Part shown: piece after piece, positions 1 through 13,000 of the stretch
How positions within the stretch are numbered: the stretch's first letter is position 1
Layout of the letters: each line of letters opens with the position of its first letter
Source: Seison nebaliae
Taxonomy: Eukaryota
DNA: 50,298 nucleotides
Direction: 5' to 3'
Assembly: GCA_023231475.1 (NCBI GenBank)
Contig: JALJEE010002890.1
Span: 1 to 50,298 of the forward strand
Notes under the pieces: model-generated
Told to the model about the DNA's origin: nothing
Seen by the model: only the letters and a program-made list of their open reading frames with translations
Databases searched by the model: none
Translations under genes and position numbers: made by a program

Positions 1-790
1 CTAGAACGTAAGCATCTACTAGAATTTCAATTTCGCTATTTAAAACGCTGTTTCACATTATTACAACAAATGAGAATGTCATCAGCATAAGCGAAGACTG
101 ATGGAAAACTCTCATTACCAACTTTAATAGAGAAGTTATTGTTAGCATCCGCAAAGAACTTCATCAATAATTCTTCCAAAAATTCAATGAGGAAGAATTG
201 AACCTTGTCGGACTCCTTTGTTATTCTTAAATAACGACAAAAATACTGATTTATGTTTGATGACACCATAAGCATTTGTGAACATTTCACTTATGAAACG
301 AAGAGAATACTCATCTATTCTGGAATTACGTAAGACTCTCATACCATGAGACATCGAAATCGAATCAAACGCTTTTGACGCGTCCAAAAAATAAAAAAGA
401 AATTTCCTTTTAGATATACGACATGAAGAATTTAAGAATTTTAGAAGAATCAGTAAAGGTAACGTTCCTCTGCAACTTTTACGATAAGCGAATTGAAATA
501 CCGAGGAATACAATTCTGATGTGTAACGATTTTTTATAACTTGTTCAATAATCTTAATGAGACCATTTGCAATGCAAATTGGTGTGTAAGAAGCTACAAA
601 GATTTTCCATAGACCTTATAGACAGGGACAATCGAGAAAATTGTAAAGAAATTGAAATCGACGTTCCCGAGAAGAATTTCATTGGTATAATCAACCAATA
701 GGTCCAATGAAGGTTTATTCAGATTTGAGATTATACATAAACAGACATCATCTTCCTCATGCGATTTAAAAACATTCATAGATGACATTG
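1..790 (-). mobile_element. Degenerate non-LTR retrotransposon (LINE) reverse-transcriptase fragment, frameshifted; runs off the left edge of the window
   Basis: RT motifs are split over ORFs 594..788, 184..513 and 36..290: IVPVYK, QFAYRKSCRGT, FLDASKAFDSI, GVRQGSIL and FAYADDILI (YADD at 78-89). Several frameshifts and stops. Confidence 0.9.
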
Positions 791-1277
791 CGATACATAC
801 TTCCGAATTGAATTATCAATAGAGTATGTCTCTATTTTATGTCACTGCTTAGAATTATAAGATAAGTTTTTCGAAATCGAATTTTGTTCGATTACTTTTG
901 AATACAGCTGTAATATGTAATTTATGTATGTAATTTCGCATAATATGATTTGTACGAAATATTTACAATTTTTATTTTAGAACGAAAAATTGAAATGCTT
1001 TGGTAAAATAACTAATAATGATTGAAGTCGAAATAAAAAAGAAAAATCGTAGAAAAAGAAAAAACGACTGAGCAACGGAGAAGCAACGATCACAAACAAT
1101 ATTATACAAAAGATAACTTTTATGAGAAAAAATGTAAAATAAAATTTATTGTTTAAATGAAAAATTTTTGTCATTCAACTTTCAAGTTAAATAGTAGTAT
1201 ATAAGTGGGGATGAGATATTTTTTTTTGTTTTTTCGTGAATAGTTAACCGGAATGGAGAAATTTTACTATTTTTCAT

Positions 1278-2958
1278 TTAATTTTTAAGTGGCCTATAAA
1301 ACGGGTTTTCATATGTTTGTTTAGTAATTTTCATGTCTTTCGGTTGTAGTGGTCGTTCAATGGACGACGATGTTGAAATGTAGGTTTCTTTTGGAGAGTT
1401 CAATGAACTCTTGATGCTAAGAGACTCACATTGTGAATAATCGGTCACTCCTTTCAGAGTAGGAATCGAACGGTTTCTCAAAATTTTGGCGGAATTGCTG
1501 TTCGGTATAGGTGACCATTTGTAAGTGGAATTTACTTTTTTCTTCGTTAAAATTATGGCAACAATTATAGAAAGAAGAAGAACAGTTCCAATCACCGTTA
1601 TTGTAATCAAAAACCAAAGAGTTTCATAAATCTTTTTATTGCTATTTAATTTCTTGATATCCTTTTGGCGATCGTTAACTAGTTGGACAAAAGTTGATTC
1701 GGGCAATTTTCCCACAAGCAATTGATTTTTCTTTTCAGGAGATATTGATGATGACCTTGTGATTTCATCGAATTTAGCACGGTCGTGATGGACATTACCA
1801 ACAATATTTCTAATTATATTCTTTGTTTTGCTAATCTCATTATTCGTTATTGAACTTTCTAAACGCCCCTCTTTCGTGTTAGACCTTGTTACCATAGGGT
1901 TTTCAATAAATTTTCGTCGATTTGGATTCTTCCTCATTGAATTATCAATAGAAAATTGTTCGATTATATCAGTAGTCCACAACCTTGTAGCAATTAAAAT
2001 TGTTGTCGTCGTCGAACTACTAGTAATAGTAGTAGTAATAGTAGTAGTAGTAGTAGTTGTTGTTGTTATTGTTGTTGTAGAAACAGTTGTGGAAGAAAAT
2101 TTACGCCTAACTTTAGGGGTTGGGAATTTTTGTTCTGTTATCTGTGGAGTCGTTTTGAATGATTGATTGGACGTTGTAGTGGAAGGGAATTGAGTTACAT
2201 GAATTTCATTAAACAATTCTTCCAATAATTGATTGGATTCTTTAAAAGATTTTCCTTTAATTTTTTTCTTTAATTCGTTCAAGTAATAAGAATGGAGTTC
2301 TGCCGGTAAATTGTTGATTTTGCTCCATAACTTGCTATTTTTCAATACTCTAATTTCCATCGGCTCCTTACTCGGATCATAAGTGTTTGGCAATTTAAAA
2401 GGGTCGAAACCCAATTCTAAGTAGAACATAGAACAATTAAATGAAATTTTAACGGTAAAAAAATATTACCTTCAATATCAGGTACCAGAAATGGCAAAGG
2501 TTTGTCCGTCGTATTATTGTGCAGATTTGGTTCGTTTCTTATTTTTTTCTCCATTTTCAATTGTAAACTTTGACTATTGGAAGATGTTATTTTCTTGTTC
2601 AATTTGTCGTAAATCGAACATTTGATTTCTCCATTATTCATTGATGATGGCAAATCGATATATTTGAATCGGTGACCTACATTCGTATAACGATATGGCG
2701 AATTGTTCGAGTTCCACAATTGTTGGTAATTTTCTTTGTTCGCCGGTCGATGTTCCCAAATAATAATTTCAGTTGGAATAGACAATCGACAAGGACATTC
2801 AAGTCTGATCCATTTTCCATGTTCTAATATTTTCGGTTCATTGCATCCTAATTATGAAAATATTATAAAGCATAAAATGGAATGTGAAAGAAGGTCAAAA
2901 ATTAACCACATTTGATTTCAACAATGAAATAGACGAGAATGAAGAGGAATTCTCTCAT
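1278..2958 (-). CDS. Type I membrane protein with signal peptide, one Ig-like domain, Thr-rich mucin-like stalk, TM helix and cytoplasmic tail ending YENPFY (~522 aa)
   Basis: Manual model complement(join(1278..2416,2470..2847,2907..2958)) = 1569 nt, in frame, with GT-AG introns 2848-2906 and 2417-2469. N-terminus MREFLFILVYFIVEIKCG is signal-like. Ig pattern is G-x-x-I-x-L-x-C...IIW...MNNGEIKC. Poly-Thr run; TM LWFLITITVIGTVLLLSIIVAIIL. Confidence 0.75.
2001..2092 (-). repeat. Coding trinucleotide repeat (ACA/ACT)n encoding poly-Thr
   Basis: (gta)n/(gtt)n run on the + strand inside the 1278..2416 exon. Confidence 0.85.
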
Positions 2959-5900
2959 TCCTCCAGACACTAAATCGATTAGAAAATTCGGAAGATTTTT
3001 AAATTTGTATTTCTGTTTTTTGGTCTTTAAATCTAAAGGTAAATCATTTATTACTCATTATTATTCGATGACCATAAAATGATGTTTATTTGATGTTTCA
3101 ATTCGTAGGAGGAAAAAGGATAAAAGTTCTTTGGACGAATAAAAATCAGATGAAATAGAAGAAGAAATAGGAGGAATGAGAATAATTATGAATATTTTAT
3201 GGTAACAAAAAAATAACGAGGAACGAAGGATAACTCAAAATAATTCATCATAATTTACAGTTGCTGTTCTTTACAATAGATCACCGTTTCTTTTCTTACA
3301 CAGTCCAACATACATATCTCCTATTTATTATGTGATCAAAAAATAGGAAACTAATAAATATTTTATTGAATATTGCAGTGAGATGCAACTGCCCCCCCAA
3401 CCCCCAATAAGGATGAAACGACCTCTAACTTTGATCAAACGACCTTACGTCGGTCATTTGCTTATGGCATTGCTAGCTTCTTTCCCAGTTCAAGGAGAAA
3501 AGTGTCGGTCATCAAATTTCCTTTTCCATATGAAGGGGGCATGGATGTCCATGTAAAGAAGGAAAGAACTCATCAATTCTTCTATAACGTCTCTGTTGTA
3601 TCGTCTATGCATTAAGCGAAAAGGAATATGGTCTAATGGGAACACAGTCTACTTTCACCGAATACACATTAGATAATATTATTGTTACTTAATCGGATAA
3701 ATTTCGATTGACTTTCGAATCAAGATTAATTTATTGCTATTTATCATGAAGGAAGTTTATTTATTAATCAAATTTCCTAACTCTCTATTTTTCATGGCAA
3801 TTAATATTGATTAATAAATTTGGGATGTTTTTTCTGAAATATAATGAAAAATTAATGATACTCTGTTTTTTTATAGAATCGAACTGATGGAATAACAATC
3901 ATGATAGATACCTTCAAAAATTGGACATGTCGAGTCAACTATTTATTGTAAGGTTTTCTCATATCTTGTCGACTAATAAACTCGGTAACAAATCAGATCA
4001 ACCTCTTAAGATCCACAACCACTGTTTGTTAATAACAACGAATAAACATCAGTAGTGAATGTTTATGTAAGTGATGACTTTGGAAGACGAAGACGATGAT
4101 TGAACTTATATTATGGAATTACCAAGAAAAGAATTGGATAATAATTCCGTCGAATTATCATAATAATATGATGCATATATCTCCATAAATACTACGGGAG
4201 GAACAACGCAAGTTTAACGAGCTAAATGTGTTATAGTATTGTAGTATTGTTATTTCAATTTAATACAATTACGCGAAAATACTACAATTCTTCTTGAATT
4301 AGACCGAATAAAAGGACGATGACATTTGAAGTATTGTTATCTTTCCTTCCCTTCAAGAATATCAAGTACATCGTAGGAGAGACAGGAAAACAATGTTTCC
4401 GCTTAGAATTGTTAGTTTAATTATCAATTAATTACATAATGAATGACATAATTTTTTTCATTTGTATTATGAACGCTAATTCAACAACGTATTATCATTC
4501 ACATGATGAGAAGACTGGTAATGAGTATGAGTGTGTGTATATAATCGGAAATTTAGTCGTCTCATCTTCCACATTTTCGTCGAACGCATTGACTCTACGA
4601 CGAATAATTAATAGATAGGAAAAGAGATGGATTTCAAAAGTTTTCTTAGCATTCACCTATCAAGTTTCTTCTACTTCAATTTCTTCTACTTCTTGAACAT
4701 TAAACTTTCCTTCTTCTTTAATGAGGTGGGAGGGAAATGTTCAACTTTTAATGTGATAAAAATTTTACCTTGAACTATTGAGGATTCGTCTACAACGAAG
4801 AGTGAGTATCATAGGAGAACTATTCTGCACCATCTTCTGAACTGAATAATTCTAGACAGCTTATGATCGATCTATTCATATATTCATAATTATTGGTACT
4901 TATTCTGTCATTCAAACATAAACCGACCGCGGAAAAGTTAAGAAATTAATTAACCAACATTCATTCATTTATTCATTCATTGGGAGATACTAATATATTT
5001 ATATTAGACGGGAAACGGATGATGAAGAATAAAACTATTAACAACTTCACATAAAGCATGTAAAATTTTGAGACACTCATCTTCATTCAATATCATCATC
5101 ATCATCATTACACCATACGTTTATTTGTGTTGAACTTATTCTCCAAGTAGACAGGAATGAGTGTCAGGTGAATTGGAATGAGAACATTGTGCTGATTTAT
5201 TGAGTAACAACGATACACCCAAATATACACGGCTGAGTTAGTGTAGCAAGGTGTTTATTTCCCAACTACTAACCAATTAAAAATCCACAATAATTATCTT
5301 ACTAGAATAAATGAAGTCATATGAGTGGAGTCAGATGATATTTTTAATTATCGGGATAACTGCTACTTATACGGGGTTCGTTTGACGGAAATGTTGAAAT
5401 TGGAATAAAGTAGTCGTTATCAAACCACAACGGAAATAGAAAAATGCATCATCAATACGATAAGTGGGAAAGCGATAAGTTCCATAAACGAAAAGTAATT
5501 TGATCTTAATTGACTGTTTTACTTTAAGAAATCGTCGTCATGGTTACAATCGAAAAATCATATAGTAAATTTACAGTTTGGTATTAGTCGTTAAATTCCG
5601 ACCGTAATATTTAACTTCATAATTTCAGGTAAAGAATGGAAAGTTGAGATATCGTTATAATGGTTCTGGTGTTGAAAAATTAGAATCATTGTTCTCTCAT
5701 TTACGTAACTCCTAAAATAATGAAGTTGGAGATTGTTGTTATATGAAAAAAATAAATTTAAATTCCACAATTTCTTCGGTCTCACATTAGTACCACATAT
5801 TCATAACTTCTGGGAATTCAATTAGTTGAATTCAATGTCTTTCCTTCGTTGTTTCCACCGTTCATATCGAAGATATTACATAAGTAAATAATAGTGAGTC

Positions 5901-6406
5901 TTGAGCGTGAAACATTGTAGAATAACAGAGAACAATATCGATTATGAATGAAGAAAAATTTATCAATCGAACTAATTCAATTGTTTATGATGGTTATAAT
6001 GTATTATATCGATAAATGCGAATGACGATGATGTGATTTTTCTTTATAAATTCGTATACTTTGTATTTTTCTAATGTTATTACATATTCACAAATAATAG
6101 GAACAACAACAAGAAATTAGTCTATTCATAGTTGTTTATTGTATTGTTATTGTTTTTGTGGTTGTTATCTGTTTCTTTGATTTCAATTGATAATGTAATG
6201 GTAATAATATAGATAGTAGAACCACAGACAGATTGTGGTTGATATGTTGATGAATAAACAATAATATCATCATCACGTTCTCATTATGATGATCACGTAA
6301 TTGAAGAAAAAAATAATATTGAAAAGAAGAAACATGAAATTATTAAAACATCATCATCATTATCATCATCATCAACACTCCCTAAAAATTGTTGTATACC
6401 GTTGTT

Positions 6407-8092
6407 ATGAATTACATTAATGCGCTATTAATTATTACGTTTTTGGTCGATATACGAACAGTTGTTCATGGTCGATTGAAAACTTATTGTCCTTCCACTA
6501 AATGGATGCAAGTCGGTGCCATATGTCTCTACTATGTTGATACCGAGAAGAATTGGTACGATGCCAATAATTATTGTATGGAGGAATATAATGCAACATT
6601 GATATCGTGGGATTTATTTGATGTCGTCGATAAAACACGTCACATTTTTACCGATCAACACGACTTTAATGCATTTCATGGAAATCGAAGTTAGTGAATA
6701 CTTATGTTATTTCCGTTCATTCCATTTAATCGTTTCACAGCTTTAGTCCGAATGAATATTCTGAAAGATCTTCAGAAATTCATTTTACGAAATTCAACTT
6801 GGATCAAATTACGTTTATATAAATCACCCACTGGAATCGTTGTTGACGGTTATTGGGTTTGGTTGAAACATTATTTAGTTAATACCGAACAATTAATGAC
6901 ACCGGCTAACATCAAAATGACTTTATATTTCGATTCTCTACGTGTCTTGACATCGATCGGTTCAATCAAATTTAAATCATCCTCAAAATCAAAATTAGTA
7001 TTAAATCGAAATATCGAATGGAAGTCTTCACATTCACCATATGAGAACAGTCTTTTTACCAAATGTTCAAAATTATTACTCTCCCGAAACAACCAACCAA
7101 ATAATGTGCTTTCATTCTATATAGAAAGTACTTCCTGTATTCAACAGGAATCGAATCAGACCGCACACCTGAGCATCTGTAAAATATGGAATTGTAATTT
7201 AATTCGTGATCAATTAAAACTTAGTTCTAAAACATTTATCGATTCATTACGTAACACTAATTATACCATTGAATTTGTACCTAATTCTGTTGTAGAAGAT
7301 AATTGTTACTTGATTATCGACACTATTCAACCAATGGATTATTCAGATGTCTCACATATTTGCAGAACTATCCATATGTTCTATTTCAGTTCGTTGGTTG
7401 CATTTAGTGGATTAACTGAATTACAATCATTCATTTATAATTTGTGTTCGATTCAAAATGGAACTTGTCAAAAATATTTATCAGATACAAATCCTGAAGA
7501 ACCGTTAGGATTGATAATCGGTTATTATCATGATAGATGGGAATCATTAGATCGAATTACATTACCATCAATGAGGACTCGACCACATATTTATAATTTC
7601 GGACCGACATTCAGTGATGTTGATGATGCTTTCCATAGTTCTCAAGATTTATGTGCAATCATTCCAGCAGCTGTTAATAATAAGAAATCGAAGACGAAAG
7701 AATTCTTAAATAAAATTCTTTCTCGAAATTGTGGAACACATAAAAGTTCATTCTTCTGCAGTCGTCACTATGAGAATTGCGATGATTTACATCATCATAA
7801 ACATCCAGGTATTGAACATCAACCTCACATCAATGTTACACATTTAAAAACACCGCCACTTTATTATCGTCAGAAAATCCTGGGAAGTTTCTTCTGGACT
7901 TTCATCTACATCGTCTATGCGCTGGTTCTCATTGTCATAGTTTACTTATCTCAAAAGAATGTGAAAAATCGATTAGTCTCCGAAAAACCAAAAAATCAGT
8001 TACATGTAGCAAACAAACGAGCATATCTTTATTCCACTGAACCCATAGAAACATCATACGATAAGACAGATTTTGTATTTCGACGTAAGTGA
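6407..8092 (+). CDS. Type I membrane protein with two divergent C-type lectin-like domains (~544 aa)
   Basis: join(6407..6689,6741..8092) = 1635 nt, in frame, with intron 6690-6740 (gttagt...cacag). Signal peptide MNYINALLIITFLV. CTLD1 start CPSTKWMQVGAICLYY...NWYDANNYC...NATLIS. CTLD2 NCYLII...YSDVSHIC...SLVAF...LCAII...NC...FFCSR. TM FFWTFIYIVYALVLIVIVYL. Confidence 0.75.
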
Positions 8093-8268
8093 ATTTAGTG
8101 TGAAATGAAATTTAATTAAAAAAAACAATTATTTAATTTAAGAAATAAAATTTTTTGAATGAATTTGAACGCATATAGTTTATTAAAATAATGCGTTACT
8201 CATCAATTGTCAGTTTGTTTTCATATTGCGCCGTGGAAGATTCACCGGAATTTCCTTCGCATTATCCA

Positions 8269-10020
8269 CTAATTCAGTAATTTTTCATTTTCATCTTTCT
8301 CATCTTCGGTGGAGGAGAAGGTGGGAACTTGTTTTTGTTGGAATTTTGGTTTCTCTACAGGACTCAGTAGTGAGATAGACGAGTTCGGTTTCATTAAATA
8401 TAAATGACGACGATAACGATTTTTATGTGCATCTAAACTTAGTCGATCTTTTTTTTGTGGTTTCTGCTCAAATTTCTTAATTGAAGTGTTTCGGTTGCTT
8501 CGTAATTGGACGCTTGGTCCCAAAAGTGTATTCTCGTTATACAATTGATAATCGTTGGATATGGTACATAACGATGTACTTCTTGGAGGGATATTATTCG
8601 ATTCGACACTATTCCTATTCTGTTTGAGTGTGGAGGAGAAAATGTATTTTTTCATTCCAGGATATCGAGAGAAACAAATTAGAATGAAATCCTTCCTGAA
8701 AGTTTGTGAGAAGTAGAAATAGATGGGAAAGTTTACGGCCGATTTGACGCTCACTAATAAATCAGTAATTTCACGTACACCACGTATGAATCCATTAGAT
8801 GATGCATAATCAAAATGAAGCATTGTTAAAACCGTATCTGGTAACAAGCAGACTAATGCAATCACATTAATTAATATCAACATAGCTGTAATTCGATGAC
8901 GTTGTGTCATTTTCCTTCCAGGAACTCTGGCGCGATGAAGAACACGTATAATAATCAAAGTGAGAACGATCATTATAATACATGGTATGACCAGTTGAAC
9001 TAATCCACAAAATAGTTGATAAGTTTTTTGAAAGACAGGTGAAATAATATTGACTGCGACAATATCATAATTGCATTGTTGCAATTTCTCATCTGGTTTG
9101 TAACGACGTTTATAACGGAATGCTGATGGTAATCCAATAAGAATGCATGTTATCATTATGATGCTCGATGTGACTTTGGCCCTGAAGACTGTGCACAATT
9201 TCTTGGAGAGAACTAAAAGTGTTACTAGGAAACATCTGTCTAACGTAGCGGCAACTGTCATCCACGAGGAGAGCATCATTGAAATCAACATAAAATAATG
9301 AGATATTGGATAAAGTGTAACGAACATATTTTGACTCGTCTCTTTGTTATATTTGCCCGTGAAAATAATTAGAACATATAAGGAATCGTTGATCAGTTTA
9401 ATCAAATCCCATAAAGCGAGATATGTCAAGAAGACGTTAGTAGAATTATGATTGTTGGATAAGACGAATGTGAGAAATGTTAATAGATTTCCCACAATTC
9501 CGAATGCACAAACGATCGGATAAAAAATGCATGCCGTTATCAATTGGGAGATCTTGTAGAAATCATCACCATTCTTTAAAAAGTCTTCGATCGATTTGGT
9601 GGTAATAACGGTGCTAGTCATCGATGTTGTCGTATTGTTATCGGAATTGAAGAAGGATGTGGTTGCGGGAGTGGAAAGATGAAAAAATTTATCAATGTTA
9701 TCTTGAATCGAATAAATTGATGGGTCAAAAAAGTGTCGGGTTTGTAAAGAAAGAATTGGCTGTATAAGAAGAGTATCATAATCGTTCTTCAAATCTGGTA
9801 AGGAAGAACTAGTGGGATTGTAGTAAGAAGAATTCTTCGAATGATACAAATGTTGAGTGTTGTTTGAATTTTGATGATGATTAGTAAGATTGTTGTTTAG
9901 TTGGAAGGCATTCTTCTCGTTGTTCACATGAGAATAGAAAGTATTAGTCGAATTAGATGGATAGATCGTGCTGTTGATGAATGATTCACATTCATATTTT
10001 GTGAAGAAATTTTTATTCAT
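8269..10020 (-). CDS. Rhodopsin-family (class A) peptide GPCR, FMRFamide/myosuppressin-receptor-like, single coding exon, 583 aa
   Basis: Seven hydrophobic segments with TM1 GIVGNLL, TM2 STNVFLTYLALWD, TM3 WMTVAATLDRC, TM6 CLLPD and TM7 SAVNFPIY; the NFxxY variant is typical of this peptide-receptor clade. Confidence 0.88.
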   Translation of the reverse strand: MNKNFFTKYECESFINSTIYPSNSTNTFYSHVNNEKNAFQLNNNLTNHHQNSNNTQHLYHSKNSSYYNPTSSSLPDLKNDYDTLLIQPILSLQTRHFFDPSIYSIQDNIDKFFHLSTPATTSFFNSDNNTTTSMTSTVITTKSIEDFLKNGDDFYKISQLITACIFYPIVCAFGIVGNLLTFLTFVLSNNHNSTNVFLTYLALWDLIKLINDSLYVLIIFTGKYNKETSQNMFVTLYPISHYFMLISMMLSSWMTVAATLDRCFLVTLLVLSKKLCTVFRAKVTSSIIMITCILIGLPSAFRYKRRYKPDEKLQQCNYDIVAVNIISPVFQKTYQLFCGLVQLVIPCIIMIVLTLIIIRVLHRARVPGRKMTQRHRITAMLILINVIALVCLLPDTVLTMLHFDYASSNGFIRGVREITDLLVSVKSAVNFPIYFYFSQTFRKDFILICFSRYPGMKKYIFSSTLKQNRNSVESNNIPPRSTSLCTISNDYQLYNENTLLGPSVQLRSNRNTSIKKFEQKPQKKDRLSLDAHKNRYRRHLYLMKPNSSISLLSPVEKPKFQQKQVPTFSSTEDEKDENEKLLN

Positions 10021-13000
10021 TTTTCGACTTCATCTACCTTGCGTGAAAGCGAACTCAATGAAATTGATTGTTAAATTTCTTTTTTTTCTTCTGTTGTGCA
10101 AACAATAGTTAGAGATTATTTATGTGCGAATAAAATAGAAATTGCATCAATCGATCAGCAATGAATGAGCGTACTTACAGGAAATAGAACGAAATAGAAA
10201 AATATGAGCGATAGTTTCTTTCTACTCATAATCATCATGATGATGAACATGAGAAATAATTTTCATTATATTCCATAGTCCATGGAGTCAAACGAGAAGA
10301 ATTGGTGGAAGCTCTAAAAAGAAAAAATCTGGCGTTTCTCCGGAAAGAACAGAACAGGCGCACTTTCAATTGATCTTCTCCACTAGACGACGTAGGGAAG
10401 AGCATGTCGACCCACGGACCAACAGACGAGGAAGAACTCCATAATTTAATTACTTAAACTTTTTTTCTCACTTGATTATTTGATGCAACTGTCCCTCCCT
10501 CCCATATATCTATATACTCTTCTAATAACATCATCCCCCTTATTCTATTTATTATCTAACTTTTGTTCTTGTTATTGTTTCATTTTTCCTTGCCATTTCT
10601 GATCATATCTTTCAATGATTCGTCTATAACCTCCTCATCATTACCATCACCATTGTGATGAGAATTATGATGATAGAAATAATAATAAAAGAAAGAAAGA
10701 AGGATAATAATAATCCTCATCATTAATAATAATAAAAATGAAAATAATGAACGGATGTTCTTGTTATTTTTACTTTTAAGTTTTTGTCCTCGATGAAGTC
10801 CATATCGATAAATTCCGACAATGAAATTTTCTTCCTAGTCTACTTGTCAATAATGGTAGTGACTTATTGATAGTTAGACTAAGAATGTTTATTGCATTAT
10901 TACTAACGATAATGTTTAGAATACAGTCAACTTTTAGGGAATGAGTATATCGATGATCAATCACCAGACTCTCTTTCTTTCATTGTCATTGTCAATCGTC
11001 GACGAAAGACTTTGACGATTGAATGAATGAATTGAGGAAACGATGCTTGAGGCATTTGTCATAATTTAAGAAGTAAAAATAACATCACAATGAGGAAGGA
11101 GCTATATATATATGATATACTAAAATTATATATATATGTGCAATCCCCGTTCCATTATTTTGACTGGTTAAGCACATTAGGATCCATGTGCTTGCATACT
11201 TGAGTAGATCGATGTGTAATATCCTGGAAATGGATGACACACGTCGACGTGTGAGATACGGGAAATAATTAATCTATAATATCGGATATGTATGTGGGTA
11301 TATGTCATCTCATCCAGTTCTCAGCCAGTGGATGACTTATTGGACTAGTCATAATCCATTTCTATTCTTATTCCATATTTCCTTCTATGCACATTGTAAA
11401 TTTTATCGCATTTCACCAATATTTATTAGAATATAAATAATTGAATAGGAAACAAATGAACGAACAAATAAGATATTCACATTCATTTCTTCTCATCTAT
11501 TGGATCGAATAATATTACGTAAATAGATTTACAAGCACGTAGATTAGTACTTCTATCATTATCCATCGTCCTTATTTCCATTAACGGCATTCCTAATCAA
11601 CATTACAATACGCTTTGTCGACAGTCGGCGCATGTCAATCTTCTGCATTTTCACACCAATAACTCGAATCCGAGTTCATTTGGAAGGAAGAAAAGATAGA
11701 TTATCGAAATATGATGACTTCACTTACTCGAACTGTCTTCAATTATCAGATTAGAAAAGTAGTCAAATAGTTATTCATCTCGTTAAGCTGCCAGTCTTCC
11801 TTCCTCCATCTCTATCTTTCTTTCTAATCAACATTATTATGACGCATATTATTATGATTTAAACGATGCAATTTATTTCGGTCTATATATCCTCGAATAA
11901 TCGGACGATTAAATAATCATAAGAATGGAAAAACATAGAGAAAAAGTTCCAGTGCATTACATTCCCACTCCACTCCTACACGACGACAATGAATCACTAT
12001 TCTTATTTCTAGTTACACCTTCTCCCAACTCCTCCCATACGTTTTGTTTGTTCTTCTGATGATGCATTGTGAATCAAAGCTGCCGCATCAAACATAATCG
12101 TCTACCAACTGTAAACTTACCATATATCTTGTAAGAATAATTATTGTTATCGTATCAAAAATTATCATAATCGTTGTCTTTCTTTTCCCCAGAGTACATG
12201 TACGGAGAAGAAACTGCATAGGCATAATACATTAACAGATGGACAGACTACCTGAAAAATGGAGATAATTGGAACATAACATTAAAGAGAGTGTATATAT
12301 AGATGGGGAAAGTATTCGTCTGACTATATTTTAAACAAACGAGAAAACCAAATTTTTCTCGGCCGTCCTTCACTTTGACCCGCATCCAACAACTAGTAGA
12401 AAGCATTTACTCGGGAAACTGACCTTTTCTAAGAAAAAGAATGTTATGCATCGAAATAATAAGAAATTGGTGAGAAAACGATAATAAAGAATGATAAGAT
12501 TTCACACATTTTCTTTTTATTAAAATTTCTGCATCAATCTATTTCAATTTATTCTCCTTCGTAAAAGAAACAAACGTCAATTATGCTTTGTGTCATTGTT
12601 GGCGATTTTATTATTCATAATTACTATCGTATCACTATCAGAATAATAAACAAATTACATTGGTGAAAAGGTAGCAATGCAATTTTGTGGAAAAATTTCC
12701 ATGTGAATGACAGATGCATTTCATCTCGATTAATTACGTAACTATCGTGATGATTATAAAATCAATTTATCTTATCAATTCACTGCCTCGCTATTTAATC
12801 ATTGAATAACATCTATCAACATCAATGACAATAACATCAGAACTGTTTATCCATCTTGAATTGATTTCGAATCTCATTAGTTCCCTGAACAATTTTTCTG
12901 TCATAAAATCCAGAATAGAAAACATTTATTGTTGTAGTGCAATCATCGTGATTATAGGAATTGGAAAAGAAGAAGATATTTCAATACGATAACGTAAGTG

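Noticed and set aside
1828..2166. Val-rich + strand ORF, and similar antisense ORFs inside the GPCR, DNAJC10, orphan and KCNAB genes
   Set aside because: Antisense shadows of real CDSs and trinucleotide repeats
3629..3665. tRNA A-box-like TGGTCTAATGG followed by CTTTCAC
   Set aside because: No B-box (GTTCRA) and no acceptor stem or cloverleaf
11115..11127. U6 snRNA-like 13-mer ATATACTAAAATT
   Set aside because: No ACAGAGA box or other U6 sequence follows; an AT-rich chance match
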